From positions 21,938 to 85,937 of the forward strand of contig CAZRZP010000005.1 in assembly GCA_964604645.1 (NCBI GenBank): 64,000 bases of DNA. Direction: 5' to 3'. The translations under genes and the position numbers were made by a program. Below are positions 9,592 to 17,948 of this stretch, in pieces (positions within the stretch are counted from its first letter, which is position 1; every line of letters begins with the position of its first letter). The notes under the pieces were generated by a model that did no database searches, was not told where the DNA came from, and saw only the letters and a program-made list of their open reading frames with translations. Source of the stretch: an uncultured Methanosarcinales archaeon (GTDB lineage: Archaea; Nanobdellota; Nanobdellia; Woesearchaeales; GW2011-AR9).

Positions 9592-9614
9592 CCTTTATTC
9601 TTTCTACTTTAAAA

Positions 9615-10349
9615 CTATTTCTCTGAACTTATTAATATTATGCTTGTTGTAATTACTGCAGCTAAAATTATTGCTATAATTAAACCAATTGCCGTTTTTG
9701 TTAATAACAACACGCTGGCTAATGCTATCAAGCCAAGATTAATGAAATATAATCCTCTGGATCCAAAAAATATTTTTAGACCTTCTAATTGTGGTAACGG
9801 AATCAGTGTGCATATGGCCATAATAAGATTAAACAACAAACCTTTTTCAAAGAAATAATTTGGCATAAAGTAAAATCCAATTGCAAATAATAGTGCAGCT
9901 AAAATGTTACCAATAATGCCATAGGTTGCAATGATTGAAGTTTCAAAGTGAGATTGTCCATAACGAAATTCTCCTAACCTCTGTTTAATCATTAAACTGG
10001 TTGTAATCCCTCCAATTAACACAACTGGCATAAATCCTAAACTAACAAAAGTAATAATTAATGAAATAAATAATCCCATCCACCAAGTATTAAACTCTAC
10101 TAAATATCCCTGACTTAAACCATATATTTTTTGAAAGGTTATCCTTAACCAAAAACTGAATGCTATTATTGCAGCCAAACCAACCAGATTGCTAAATCCG
10201 GCGACTGCGTCAAAAATGTCAGAACCCCAGTCACGAAATGAAAAAATAAACGCCATTAAAATAATTGATGCAATCAATCCACCAATCTCCTGTTTATCAA
10301 AATGGTAAAAATCTGAGACTCTTGATTTCAATTCCTGAAAACTAACCAT
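9615..10349 (-). CDS. polytopic membrane protein, site-2-protease (M50)-like but lacking HExxH
   Basis: TLIPLPQLEGLKIF resembles the M50 NxxPxxPLDGG motif. No HExxH occurs anywhere in the 244 aa. Confidence 0.45.
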   Translation of the reverse strand: MVSFQELKSRVSDFYHFDKQEIGGLIASIILMAFIFSFRDWGSDIFDAVAGFSNLVGLAAIIAFSFWLRITFQKIYGLSQGYLVEFNTWWMGLFISLIITFVSLGFMPVVLIGGITTSLMIKQRLGEFRYGQSHFETSIIATYGIIGNILAALLFAIGFYFMPNYFFEKGLLFNLIMAICTLIPLPQLEGLKIFFGSRGLYFINLGLIALASVLLLTKTAIGLIIAIILAAVITTSIILISSEK

Positions 10350-10434
10350 GTAGAAAAAAATATCTTTAAATATATAAATGGTTTGGTTAAATTAGTCTAA
10401 GATTATTCTAAGAATACACTTCATTATTTTATTT

Positions 10435-11475
10435 TTACTTTTTCCTCATCAACTTATATCTTAAAACGCTTTCTCCTCTCTTTACCGTTCCATCTTCCAC
10501 TAACTCCAAAAAACTACTTACGGATGGATCCCAGTTCTCTCTAGAAATAAACAATACTTTTCCTTTTTGTTTTAAAACATATTTTAATTGATAATAAATT
10601 TCATTCAACCTATCTTCATCTTTTTTTGTGATGTGAAATATAGCAACATCAAAAAACTCTTTATCAAATCTAACATCTAAATCATCTAAATCTAATTTAG
10701 CAAAGTTTAATTTTTCTTTAACTTTTGCAATAGTAGAATTTTTCCTAGTTGCTGTTAAGTTTCTTGTACCTTCATCAAAACAATAGATTTGCTGGATTTT
10801 TTCCTTACTTTCAACATTTTTTTCTCTTTCCTCTGTTTTTCCCAATAATCTATTTCCTTCTCTTAAATGCTTTTCATTTACAAAAAAAGTAGCTTCTATT
10901 GCTAAAGTTCCATCTTTCATAAAACCCACTAACATTTTTTGATTTTTTTCAAAACCAGATTTTCTGACAAAATAGTAAGCAAGATCTCCTTTAAATGATG
11001 CTGAATGTGGAAAGACCCTATATTCCCTGCTGGATAAATCTTCTTTCAAATCTAAACCTAAAAAAAACTGTTTAGAATTATGAAAAAGAATTAATTTTAA
11101 CTGTGGTTCTTTTACATCTACTACTAATTCAATCTCTTCACTTTTACAATAATCAATGATTTTACTGCTAACTTCTTTAGCTAAAGCAAACCTATTTTCC
11201 TGTCCTTTAACCCCCTCTACTTCAATCTTAAATGTGTTACCTGACTTAAACCACTTTGTATCAAAATTTGCTTGCCAATTAGATGGCTTATCAAATAATC
11301 CCAGAGATATCAATAATTTTTTTGTTGATTGAGTTCTTTGTAAAAATAAGTTTGCTTCTTCATTTGTTGCAGACAATTCAATAACTCCTTCGTGAACTGT
11401 AGCTTCGTTATTCAGAATTTCGTAAACTTCTTTCTTTGTCAGTTCAGGAAAGTGAGTGATAGCAAAAATCTTCAT
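10435..11475 (-). CDS. THUMP-domain / COG0116-type RNA methyltransferase homologue with degenerate catalytic motifs
   Basis: LSSREYRV...GDLAYYFVRKSG...LVGFMKDGTLAIEA aligns by eye to the RlmL/Trm14 pattern kRgYR...lA...DPMCGSGTxxIEA. The NPPY position reads IFHIT. Confidence 0.5.
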   Translation of the reverse strand: MKIFAITHFPELTKKEVYEILNNEATVHEGVIELSATNEEANLFLQRTQSTKKLLISLGLFDKPSNWQANFDTKWFKSGNTFKIEVEGVKGQENRFALAKEVSSKIIDYCKSEEIELVVDVKEPQLKLILFHNSKQFFLGLDLKEDLSSREYRVFPHSASFKGDLAYYFVRKSGFEKNQKMLVGFMKDGTLAIEATFFVNEKHLREGNRLLGKTEEREKNVESKEKIQQIYCFDEGTRNLTATRKNSTIAKVKEKLNFAKLDLDDLDVRFDKEFFDVAIFHITKKDEDRLNEIYYQLKYVLKQKGKVLFISRENWDPSVSSFLELVEDGTVKRGESVLRYKLMRKK

Positions 11476-11488
11476 ATTTCTTCATAAT

Positions 11489-14209
11489 CTATTCCAGGTT
11501 TTGAAACTCCTCTTCATCATTCAGAAATGGATCGATTCCTCCGGATTCGTCCTTTTCATCGTCATCTTTTTCTGGTACATTACTTTCTTTACTATCTTGA
11601 GTCTCCTTTTTGTCTGCTTCATCATCACCGGTTTCAACCTTTTCTTCAATTTCTTGATTATCTAATTCATTGTCTTGAGGAGCTGAAGAAGTTTCTTTGT
11701 TATTTTCTTGATTTGTAATTTCTTCTTTCACTTCTCCATTTTCATCATCTTCCTCCTCATCCCCTTCTTCATCTTTCTCATCTCCTAACATTATCTTTGC
11801 TGCTGCTGCAAGTTCATCGCCTTCATTCAGACGCATCACTCTTACTCCTTGCGTAGCCCTTCCAAATGTAGATATTTCTGAAGACTTTAACCTTATACCT
11901 ATTCCAAATTTTGAAATTAACATAATGTCTTCTGTTCCGTCTACTAACATAATCGCTTTAACTGGTCCATTTTTATCAATAATCTTAATATTTGTAACTC
12001 CTTTTCCTCCTCTATTACATAATCGATAATCTTCAACCTTTGTTCTTTTTCCATATCCTTTTTGAGTTAATGTTAAAATCTCCATTCCTTCTTCTGCTGC
12101 TAACATACCAATTACTTCATCACCTTCAGCAAGCCTTATTCCTCTTACTCCTCTTGCCGTTCTTCCCATTGCTCTCACGTGCTTTTCATTAAACCTATTA
12201 GCTTGACCATATTTAGTTGCTAATAGAATTTCATTTTCACCAGTTGTATATCTAACTCTCACCAAAGAATCATCCTCATCTAAAGTTAAGCTTCTTATTC
12301 CACCTTTACGTGGCCTAGAAAATTCCATCAATGGAGTTTTTTTAATGGTACCTTTTTCTGTAGCCATCATTAAATATCCTTCTTTGAAATCTCTTACAGG
12401 AATTATTGCTGTAATGTTTTCATCTTGATTCATTTGCAATAAGTTTCGCACGTGCCTACCTTTAGCTTGCCTACTTCCTTCCGTGATGTTATACACTTTT
12501 AACCAATACAACTGCCCTCTATCCGTAAAGAATAACAAATAATCATGGGTGCTACTGACGTATATTTTTTCTATAAAATCTTCATCCTTCATTCCTGAAG
12601 CTCTAATTCCTTTTCCACCCCTATGCTGGGTTTTATATGTATCTAAAGGAAGTCGTTTGATATAACCGGAATTACTTAACGTAACAACAACAGTTTCCTC
12701 TTCAATAAGTTCTTCCATATCAAAATCTTCATCTTCGCCGATAATAATCTTTGATCTTCTTGCATCGCCGTATTTATCTTTAACTAATTCTAATTCTTCT
12801 CTAATTAATTTTAATACAATTTCTTCGGATCCTAAAATATCTAAATATCTCTTGATTTTTTCCAATAATTCTGCGTGCTCTTGTTTGATTTTTTCTTGCT
12901 CTAACCCAGCCAATTTTTGTAGGCGCATGTCAAGAATGGCTTTAGCTTGTTCTTCATCTAAAGTATAATTATTCATCAAAAACGCACGAGCATCTTCTAC
13001 AGTTCTGCTATTTCTAATGCCTGGAATAATTTCATCCAAATTACGTAAAGCTGTAAGTAATCCCTCTAATATATGGACTCTTTTTTGAGCTTGTTCTAAA
13101 TCATATTTTGTCCGCTTTGTAATAATCTCCTTACGATGCTCAATGTGGTGATGGACAAAATCTTTCAAACCTAACATTTTAGGTTGATTATTTACTAAAG
13201 CCAGTAAAGTTAGAGTAAAAGAAATTTTTAATCTACTGTATTTGAAAAGTTGATTTAATACGACTTGCTCATCTGCCCCCCTTTTAAGGTCTATAACAAC
13301 CCTAATGCCATCTTTATCGGATTCATCATTTATATTACGAATTCCCTCAATTTTCTTATCTCTTACTAAATCTGCTATTTGACGGATACAATCTTCTTTA
13401 TTTACTTGATAAGGAATTTCTTTGACAACAATCTTATCATCTTCAAACTCTACAACTGATTTAATTACTACTTTTCCTTTCCCTTTAGCGTAAGCATGAT
13501 GTAACGCTGGTCCGCAAATAACTTCTCCACCAGTTGGAAAATCTGGCCCTGGTACAAATGACATCAATTCTCCAACTGTAATTTCCGGGTTATCAATTGC
13601 TGCAATAATTCCGTCACAAACTTCATGTATATTGTGTGGTGGAATATTTGTTGTCATTCCTACTGCAATTCCTGAAGAACCATTAACTAGCAGATTTGGT
13701 ACAACGCTAGGTAAAATAATTGGTTCCTGTAAAGAAGAATCAAAATTATCTTTGAAATGTACTGTATTCTTTTCAATATCTTTCAGAAGTTCTTCTGCAA
13801 ATTTTTGCAATTTAGCTTCTGTATAACGCATAGCTGCTGCTCTGTCACCGTCAATACTTCCAAAATTTCCTTGTCCTTTAATTAATGGATATCTTAAAGA
13901 AAAATCTTGGGCCATCCTAACCAGTGTATCATATATTGCAGAATCTCCGTGTGGATGATATTTACCCATACAATCCCCTACAATCCGTGCACATTTCTTG
14001 AATGGTTTATTGTGAAAAACACCCATGTCATACATTGCGTAAAGAACTCTTCTATGCACTGGTTTAAGGCCATCTCTTACATCAGGAAGGGCTCTGCCTA
14101 CAATAACTGACATAGCATACGTAAGGTACGCATTCTTCATCTCTTCTTCAATTACTTTGGGTAAGATGTTTGTTTCAAGTTCAGGTTTTTGTGCTTCAGA
14201 GGAGTCCAT
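11489..14209 (-). CDS. gyrA: DNA gyrase subunit A
   Basis: AAMRYTEAKL catalytic-Tyr motif, GyrA-box-like HRGGKG, and beta-pinwheel repeats. It also has a C-terminal acidic tail of about 100 aa. Confidence 0.95.
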   Translation of the reverse strand: MDSSEAQKPELETNILPKVIEEEMKNAYLTYAMSVIVGRALPDVRDGLKPVHRRVLYAMYDMGVFHNKPFKKCARIVGDCMGKYHPHGDSAIYDTLVRMAQDFSLRYPLIKGQGNFGSIDGDRAAAMRYTEAKLQKFAEELLKDIEKNTVHFKDNFDSSLQEPIILPSVVPNLLVNGSSGIAVGMTTNIPPHNIHEVCDGIIAAIDNPEITVGELMSFVPGPDFPTGGEVICGPALHHAYAKGKGKVVIKSVVEFEDDKIVVKEIPYQVNKEDCIRQIADLVRDKKIEGIRNINDESDKDGIRVVIDLKRGADEQVVLNQLFKYSRLKISFTLTLLALVNNQPKMLGLKDFVHHHIEHRKEIITKRTKYDLEQAQKRVHILEGLLTALRNLDEIIPGIRNSRTVEDARAFLMNNYTLDEEQAKAILDMRLQKLAGLEQEKIKQEHAELLEKIKRYLDILGSEEIVLKLIREELELVKDKYGDARRSKIIIGEDEDFDMEELIEEETVVVTLSNSGYIKRLPLDTYKTQHRGGKGIRASGMKDEDFIEKIYVSSTHDYLLFFTDRGQLYWLKVYNITEGSRQAKGRHVRNLLQMNQDENITAIIPVRDFKEGYLMMATEKGTIKKTPLMEFSRPRKGGIRSLTLDEDDSLVRVRYTTGENEILLATKYGQANRFNEKHVRAMGRTARGVRGIRLAEGDEVIGMLAAEEGMEILTLTQKGYGKRTKVEDYRLCNRGGKGVTNIKIIDKNGPVKAIMLVDGTEDIMLISKFGIGIRLKSSEISTFGRATQGVRVMRLNEGDELAAAAKIMLGDEKDEEGDEEEDDENGEVKEEITNQENNKETSSAPQDNELDNQEIEEKVETGDDEADKKETQDSKESNVPEKDDDEKDESGGIDPFLNDEEEFQNLE

Positions 14210-14321
14210 TTTATTTGTTAATTTTAAAAATCTAATTCACCGCTTTATAGACGATAAAAATGTGTTTTTTCTAAGTGAATTTGCTTTATAAAGCTTGCGG
14301 TAATTGAGTTGTCAATTGTAC

Positions 14322-14684
14322 TTATTTTCTTCTTTCAAGGTTATTCAAAAGTTCAGCTAAATTTGGTATTATTTTTTTTTTTGGTAAAAATGCATTTGCA
14401 CCCACATTTAACCATTCTTGAGATACATTGTCGCTTGACATTCCTACAATGTATTTTGGAAATCCTAACCTTCTTAATTCTTGGCAGGTATTCAACCTAT
14501 TTTCTCCTGGCATGTTGTAATCCATGATAATATAGTCTGGCTGATAAACTCTCGATAAAAATAAAGCTTCATTTGACGAACTAGCAACAAACACATCAGA
14601 GTTCCCTCGAGATCTTAAATATTCGGGTATTAAATAAGTTATAATTGGATCATCATCCACTATTAAGAACCTATATTTTTTCAT
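14322..14684 (-). CDS. stand-alone response regulator receiver domain (CheY-like)
   Basis: FLIVDDDP acidic pocket, phospho-acceptor in IIMDYNMPG, GMSSD, and FLPKK lysine. There is no output domain and no kinase in the window. Confidence 0.85.
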   Translation of the reverse strand: MKKYRFLIVDDDPIITYLIPEYLRSRGNSDVFVASSSNEALFLSRVYQPDYIIMDYNMPGENRLNTCQELRRLGFPKYIVGMSSDNVSQEWLNVGANAFLPKKKIIPNLAELLNNLERRK

Positions 14685-14800
14685 CGGTTTGTTTTTTTCA
14701 GTTGAATTATAAATGTTTGGTTACCACATAATTAAACGTAACCACTAGCGAGTGGCAATTAAACGAAACATTTATATAAAAAACCCATTTTTCAGTGCTT

Positions 14801-15733
14801 ATGACAAACTATCTTGAACAAGCGGTGGAAGCTGAAAATATGGATGATTGTATCGGATTTCTTAATCAACATTACTTTAGGCGTGATTATGATGATTTAG
14901 GTATGAAAATTATTGCAGCAAAATTAGCTGAAAAAGTAGATTTAGACGCAGGAGAGGTAAGACAAGTTTATCGTGCTTCTCACGAAGTTACATTAGAATT
15001 ATGTTCAAAATACATCCCTTTTTCAAGTGAAAGAGAAATTGGAGATTCAGTTGCTGAATGTCTCTATAACAATATGTTGCAGGATTGTGCAATCTCTATT
15101 TTTTCTTCAGAGAGGGATGATGATGAAGTTCTTGAACATCTTGAATCGTATGATAATATTTTACGTGTTGCCGAATCTAAGATATCTAATTACGAGCAAC
15201 CAACTGCCCTAATAAGAGACAATGAAGAAGGTTTAGATCATGAAGTATCTTTAAATAAATTGCTTGGAATGAAATTGATCTCCTTATATTGGGAAAGAGT
15301 TGAAGGTCATTTTCCAGAAAATGTTTTAGATTTTATGACAAATGATAATTTAAACTCTCTTAGAAAAAATCTAAATATATATGAATTAGCATCGAAAATT
15401 GCTGGAGAAGATAATTCTGAGAAAGTGAAAGCAAAACACGGGTCAATTGAACAAACTAAAACCAGCTTTTCTAAACCATTAAAAGAAATATATTCAAGCT
15501 TAGAAGAAGGTTTACATCAAACTTTAGAAAACGGTACAAGCCCTGTTAAAAAAATGTATACTTTAGATGGATTTGTAGATTTTTCTGATACTTATTCTGA
15601 GGTTTTAGATATTGAGACGGGCTCAACCCATGATAAATACGCTATTGTAAGAAATGAATTACTCAGAAACTTAGAAGATTTAGATCTTGTCTGTAAAAGA
15701 GTTCGAAAATTTGAATGGCCTAGTTCTCAGTAA
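14801..15733 (+). CDS. hypothetical acidic all-helical protein
   Basis: The ATG at 14801 sits about 25 nt after TTTATATAAAAAA, so the transcript is probably leaderless. No family recognised. Confidence 0.5.
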   Translation: MTNYLEQAVEAENMDDCIGFLNQHYFRRDYDDLGMKIIAAKLAEKVDLDAGEVRQVYRASHEVTLELCSKYIPFSSEREIGDSVAECLYNNMLQDCAISIFSSERDDDEVLEHLESYDNILRVAESKISNYEQPTALIRDNEEGLDHEVSLNKLLGMKLISLYWERVEGHFPENVLDFMTNDNLNSLRKNLNIYELASKIAGEDNSEKVKAKHGSIEQTKTSFSKPLKEIYSSLEEGLHQTLENGTSPVKKMYTLDGFVDFSDTYSEVLDIETGSTHDKYAIVRNELLRNLEDLDLVCKRVRKFEWPSSQ

Positions 15734-16337
15734 CTTCAGCCATTGCTTTCTTTAATTCTTCATTTGTTGCTTCTTTAGAACTTTCTAATTCAATTAATCT
15801 TTCCACTTCATCTGCTTCTTTATCAACGTCTTCTGCATCTTCTAAGACGTTTGATGGAACGTTTTTTAGGAATGCAGACTTAGCTTCCTCACTTGGAAGA
15901 TCAAAATATTCAAAGAATTTACTCGTTAATTTAACTTTGTACGTACGTCCAAATCTTTCCTTTGTAATAAAACCCATTTCTTGCAATTGTCGCATGTGGT
16001 CATAAGCGCTTTGATTTCGTAATTTAACTATTTCTGATTGAACTATGGGATATTTCCATGCGATAACCGCTAAAGTATCCATTAATGGCCGATCCATCTC
16101 TGTTGAAGTTACAATATTGCTAACCAAAGGGATAAACTTGTCTTTTACAGTTAACTTCCAACCTAAATCTTTTTTGATTAATTGTAAACTTCCCTCTTTC
16201 ACTGTATAATCTTTTTGAATTTCATTTAAACTTTTTTCAACTTGCTTTTCTGATAAAGAACATAGGCTGGCTAACCTTTCTATGGATGCTTCTTTTCCAA
16301 GCGCGAATAATACTGCTTCTACTTTATGTTTATCCAT
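15720..16337 (-). CDS. scpB: segregation and condensation protein B (ScpB)
   Basis: N-terminal VEAVLFALGKEASIERLA, two winged-helix units (..LAVIAWKYPIVQSEI..) and an acidic tail. Confidence 0.8.
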   Translation of the reverse strand: MDKHKVEAVLFALGKEASIERLASLCSLSEKQVEKSLNEIQKDYTVKEGSLQLIKKDLGWKLTVKDKFIPLVSNIVTSTEMDRPLMDTLAVIAWKYPIVQSEIVKLRNQSAYDHMRQLQEMGFITKERFGRTYKVKLTSKFFEYFDLPSEEAKSAFLKNVPSNVLEDAEDVDKEADEVERLIELESSKEATNEELKKAMAEVTEN

Positions 16338-16941
16338 TTTTCATCTCTTTTTCATCTACTTTCTTTTCAACTGGTTCTTTCAAAAAATATATCCCTGATC
16401 TTAGATCAACTTTCCCTTTATCTATCAAGTTATCCAAAAAGTCTTCAAGCTTATCAACGTCTACTCCAGTTAATCGACTTAATTCTTGTGATGTCATATT
16501 CCCCTTTCTCAACAGTAAAGTAACGTAATTTCCCAGAAGATAAGCCATATTTTTATGAAGAATTTCATTTTCCATTTTAACTTGTTTTGCTACCATATCT
16601 ATTTGATGCAATTTAGCTTGCAAATCATTAAGAAATTGTGAAATTTCTGAATCTCCAATCTTTAGCTCTTTAGGAGAAATCATCTCTATAAGAGAAGGCA
16701 TGAAATCAAAACAAAATGCTGTAATATCTTCCATTTTCTTAACTTTAACTTCAACTTCAGAGAAACCAGCCCATAACTCCTGTTCATCTTGTTTTTTCAC
16801 TTCAGCGAATTCTGCTGCTTGTACATCATATCTGTCATTTTCTTTGAGCTGTTTGACGTAGCCTTGCAATGATTCTTCCACATGCTTTTCTGGCTTTCCT
16901 AGTACCTCAATCACAGCTCGAAAAATAATCTCATCTTCCAT
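16330..16941 (-). CDS. hypothetical protein with C-terminal winged-HTH, co-operonic with scpB
   Basis: 8-nt overlap with the scpB start. The C-terminus MTSQELSRLTGVDVDKLEDFLDNLIDKGKV is wHTH-like. No ScpA (FxGPLDLL) signature is present. Confidence 0.55.
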   Translation of the reverse strand: MEDEIIFRAVIEVLGKPEKHVEESLQGYVKQLKENDRYDVQAAEFAEVKKQDEQELWAGFSEVEVKVKKMEDITAFCFDFMPSLIEMISPKELKIGDSEISQFLNDLQAKLHQIDMVAKQVKMENEILHKNMAYLLGNYVTLLLRKGNMTSQELSRLTGVDVDKLEDFLDNLIDKGKVDLRSGIYFLKEPVEKKVDEKEMKNG

Positions 16942-17114
16942 GGTTTGATGAAATTGGGGTGGTTTTTAAGTGTTTCTGAACAAGTTTCAACTTCTCACTT
17001 TTTGTCATTTTCAAGTAAAAACAACCGAAAGGTTTATATACTTGTCTTTAGTTACCACTCTTAAGTGACTAAAGCCTGGCGAACTCATAAGCTGTAAATA
17101 AAAAGGGTTTAAAT

Positions 17115-17936
17115 ATGAAGCAAAAACACACATTTGGGAGGAATTTTGTATATTCTGTTATATTAGTCTTAGCTGTGCTTATAAGTTTTTTTTCAGTACC
17201 TCAATTAGAGGCAGTTGTTAATGATGATTTTACATTTGGTGCTCATCGTGGAAATTCTGTCAAATATATTGAAAACACTATGGATGCTATTAATGGAGCT
17301 TTGTTAGATGATAAATATAATTTTATTGAAATTGATATTCAATATACTAAAGATAAAAAATTAGTTGTATTTCATGATTTAAATTTAGTTAGACTGCAAC
17401 AAAAAAATGTTGCAATTAGTGATTTAACATTTGATGAATTACAATTAGTTAGTGATTTTTATATTCCGCTATATGATGAGGTAGTTGAGATGGTTGGTGA
17501 TAAAAAGCCAATGAATGTTGAAATTAAAAGCCAAGGTAATTTTCAGGATGATAAAGAAATTATTGACTTCGTCATTGAGGATGCAAAAAATAAAGGATTT
17601 TTAAATAATATATTGCTTTCATCTATTTCAACTGACGTTGTTAAATATGTTGATCAAACTTATCCAAATCTTGAAGTTGGAAAGATATATTGGATTTTAC
17701 CAAGCACTTACATTACTGTTGATTATATGACTAAAAAAATGTATAAAGATTTAGCTGAAATGGGCGCAGATTATGCCATGTTGCATGGAGTTAATTTGAG
17801 AAATTATCAATCTTTAACAAAACTTAAACCAGATAATATTACTTTAGTGTTTTGGTATTTTAATGATAAAATGTATGTTGTACATAACACTGAACAAGAT
17901 ACTATGTGGTATAAGAATCCTTTTTCACTAAATTAA
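17115..17936 (+). CDS. glycerophosphodiester phosphodiesterase with N-terminal signal/anchor
   Basis: FGAHRGNS...ENT and IEIDIQYTKDKKLVVFHD are the GDPD catalytic motifs. An N-terminal hydrophobic segment is present. Confidence 0.85.
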   Translation: MKQKHTFGRNFVYSVILVLAVLISFFSVPQLEAVVNDDFTFGAHRGNSVKYIENTMDAINGALLDDKYNFIEIDIQYTKDKKLVVFHDLNLVRLQQKNVAISDLTFDELQLVSDFYIPLYDEVVEMVGDKKPMNVEIKSQGNFQDDKEIIDFVIEDAKNKGFLNNILLSSISTDVVKYVDQTYPNLEVGKIYWILPSTYITVDYMTKKMYKDLAEMGADYAMLHGVNLRNYQSLTKLKPDNITLVFWYFNDKMYVVHNTEQDTMWYKNPFSLN

Positions 17937-17948
17937 TTTTTTTTCTCA

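Noticed and set aside
11489-11800. Extra length of GyrA considered as a possible intein or fused domain
   Set aside because: The extra residues are a C-terminal acidic low-complexity tail. There are no intein blocks (no Cys/Ser...HN junctions) and the catalytic core is uninterrupted.
16945-16980. Possible C/D box sRNA (TTGATGA ... CTGA)
   Set aside because: The C-to-D' spacing is about 24 nt rather than about 12. There is no second C'/D pair and no terminal stem. This is most likely a chance match in a promoter spacer.
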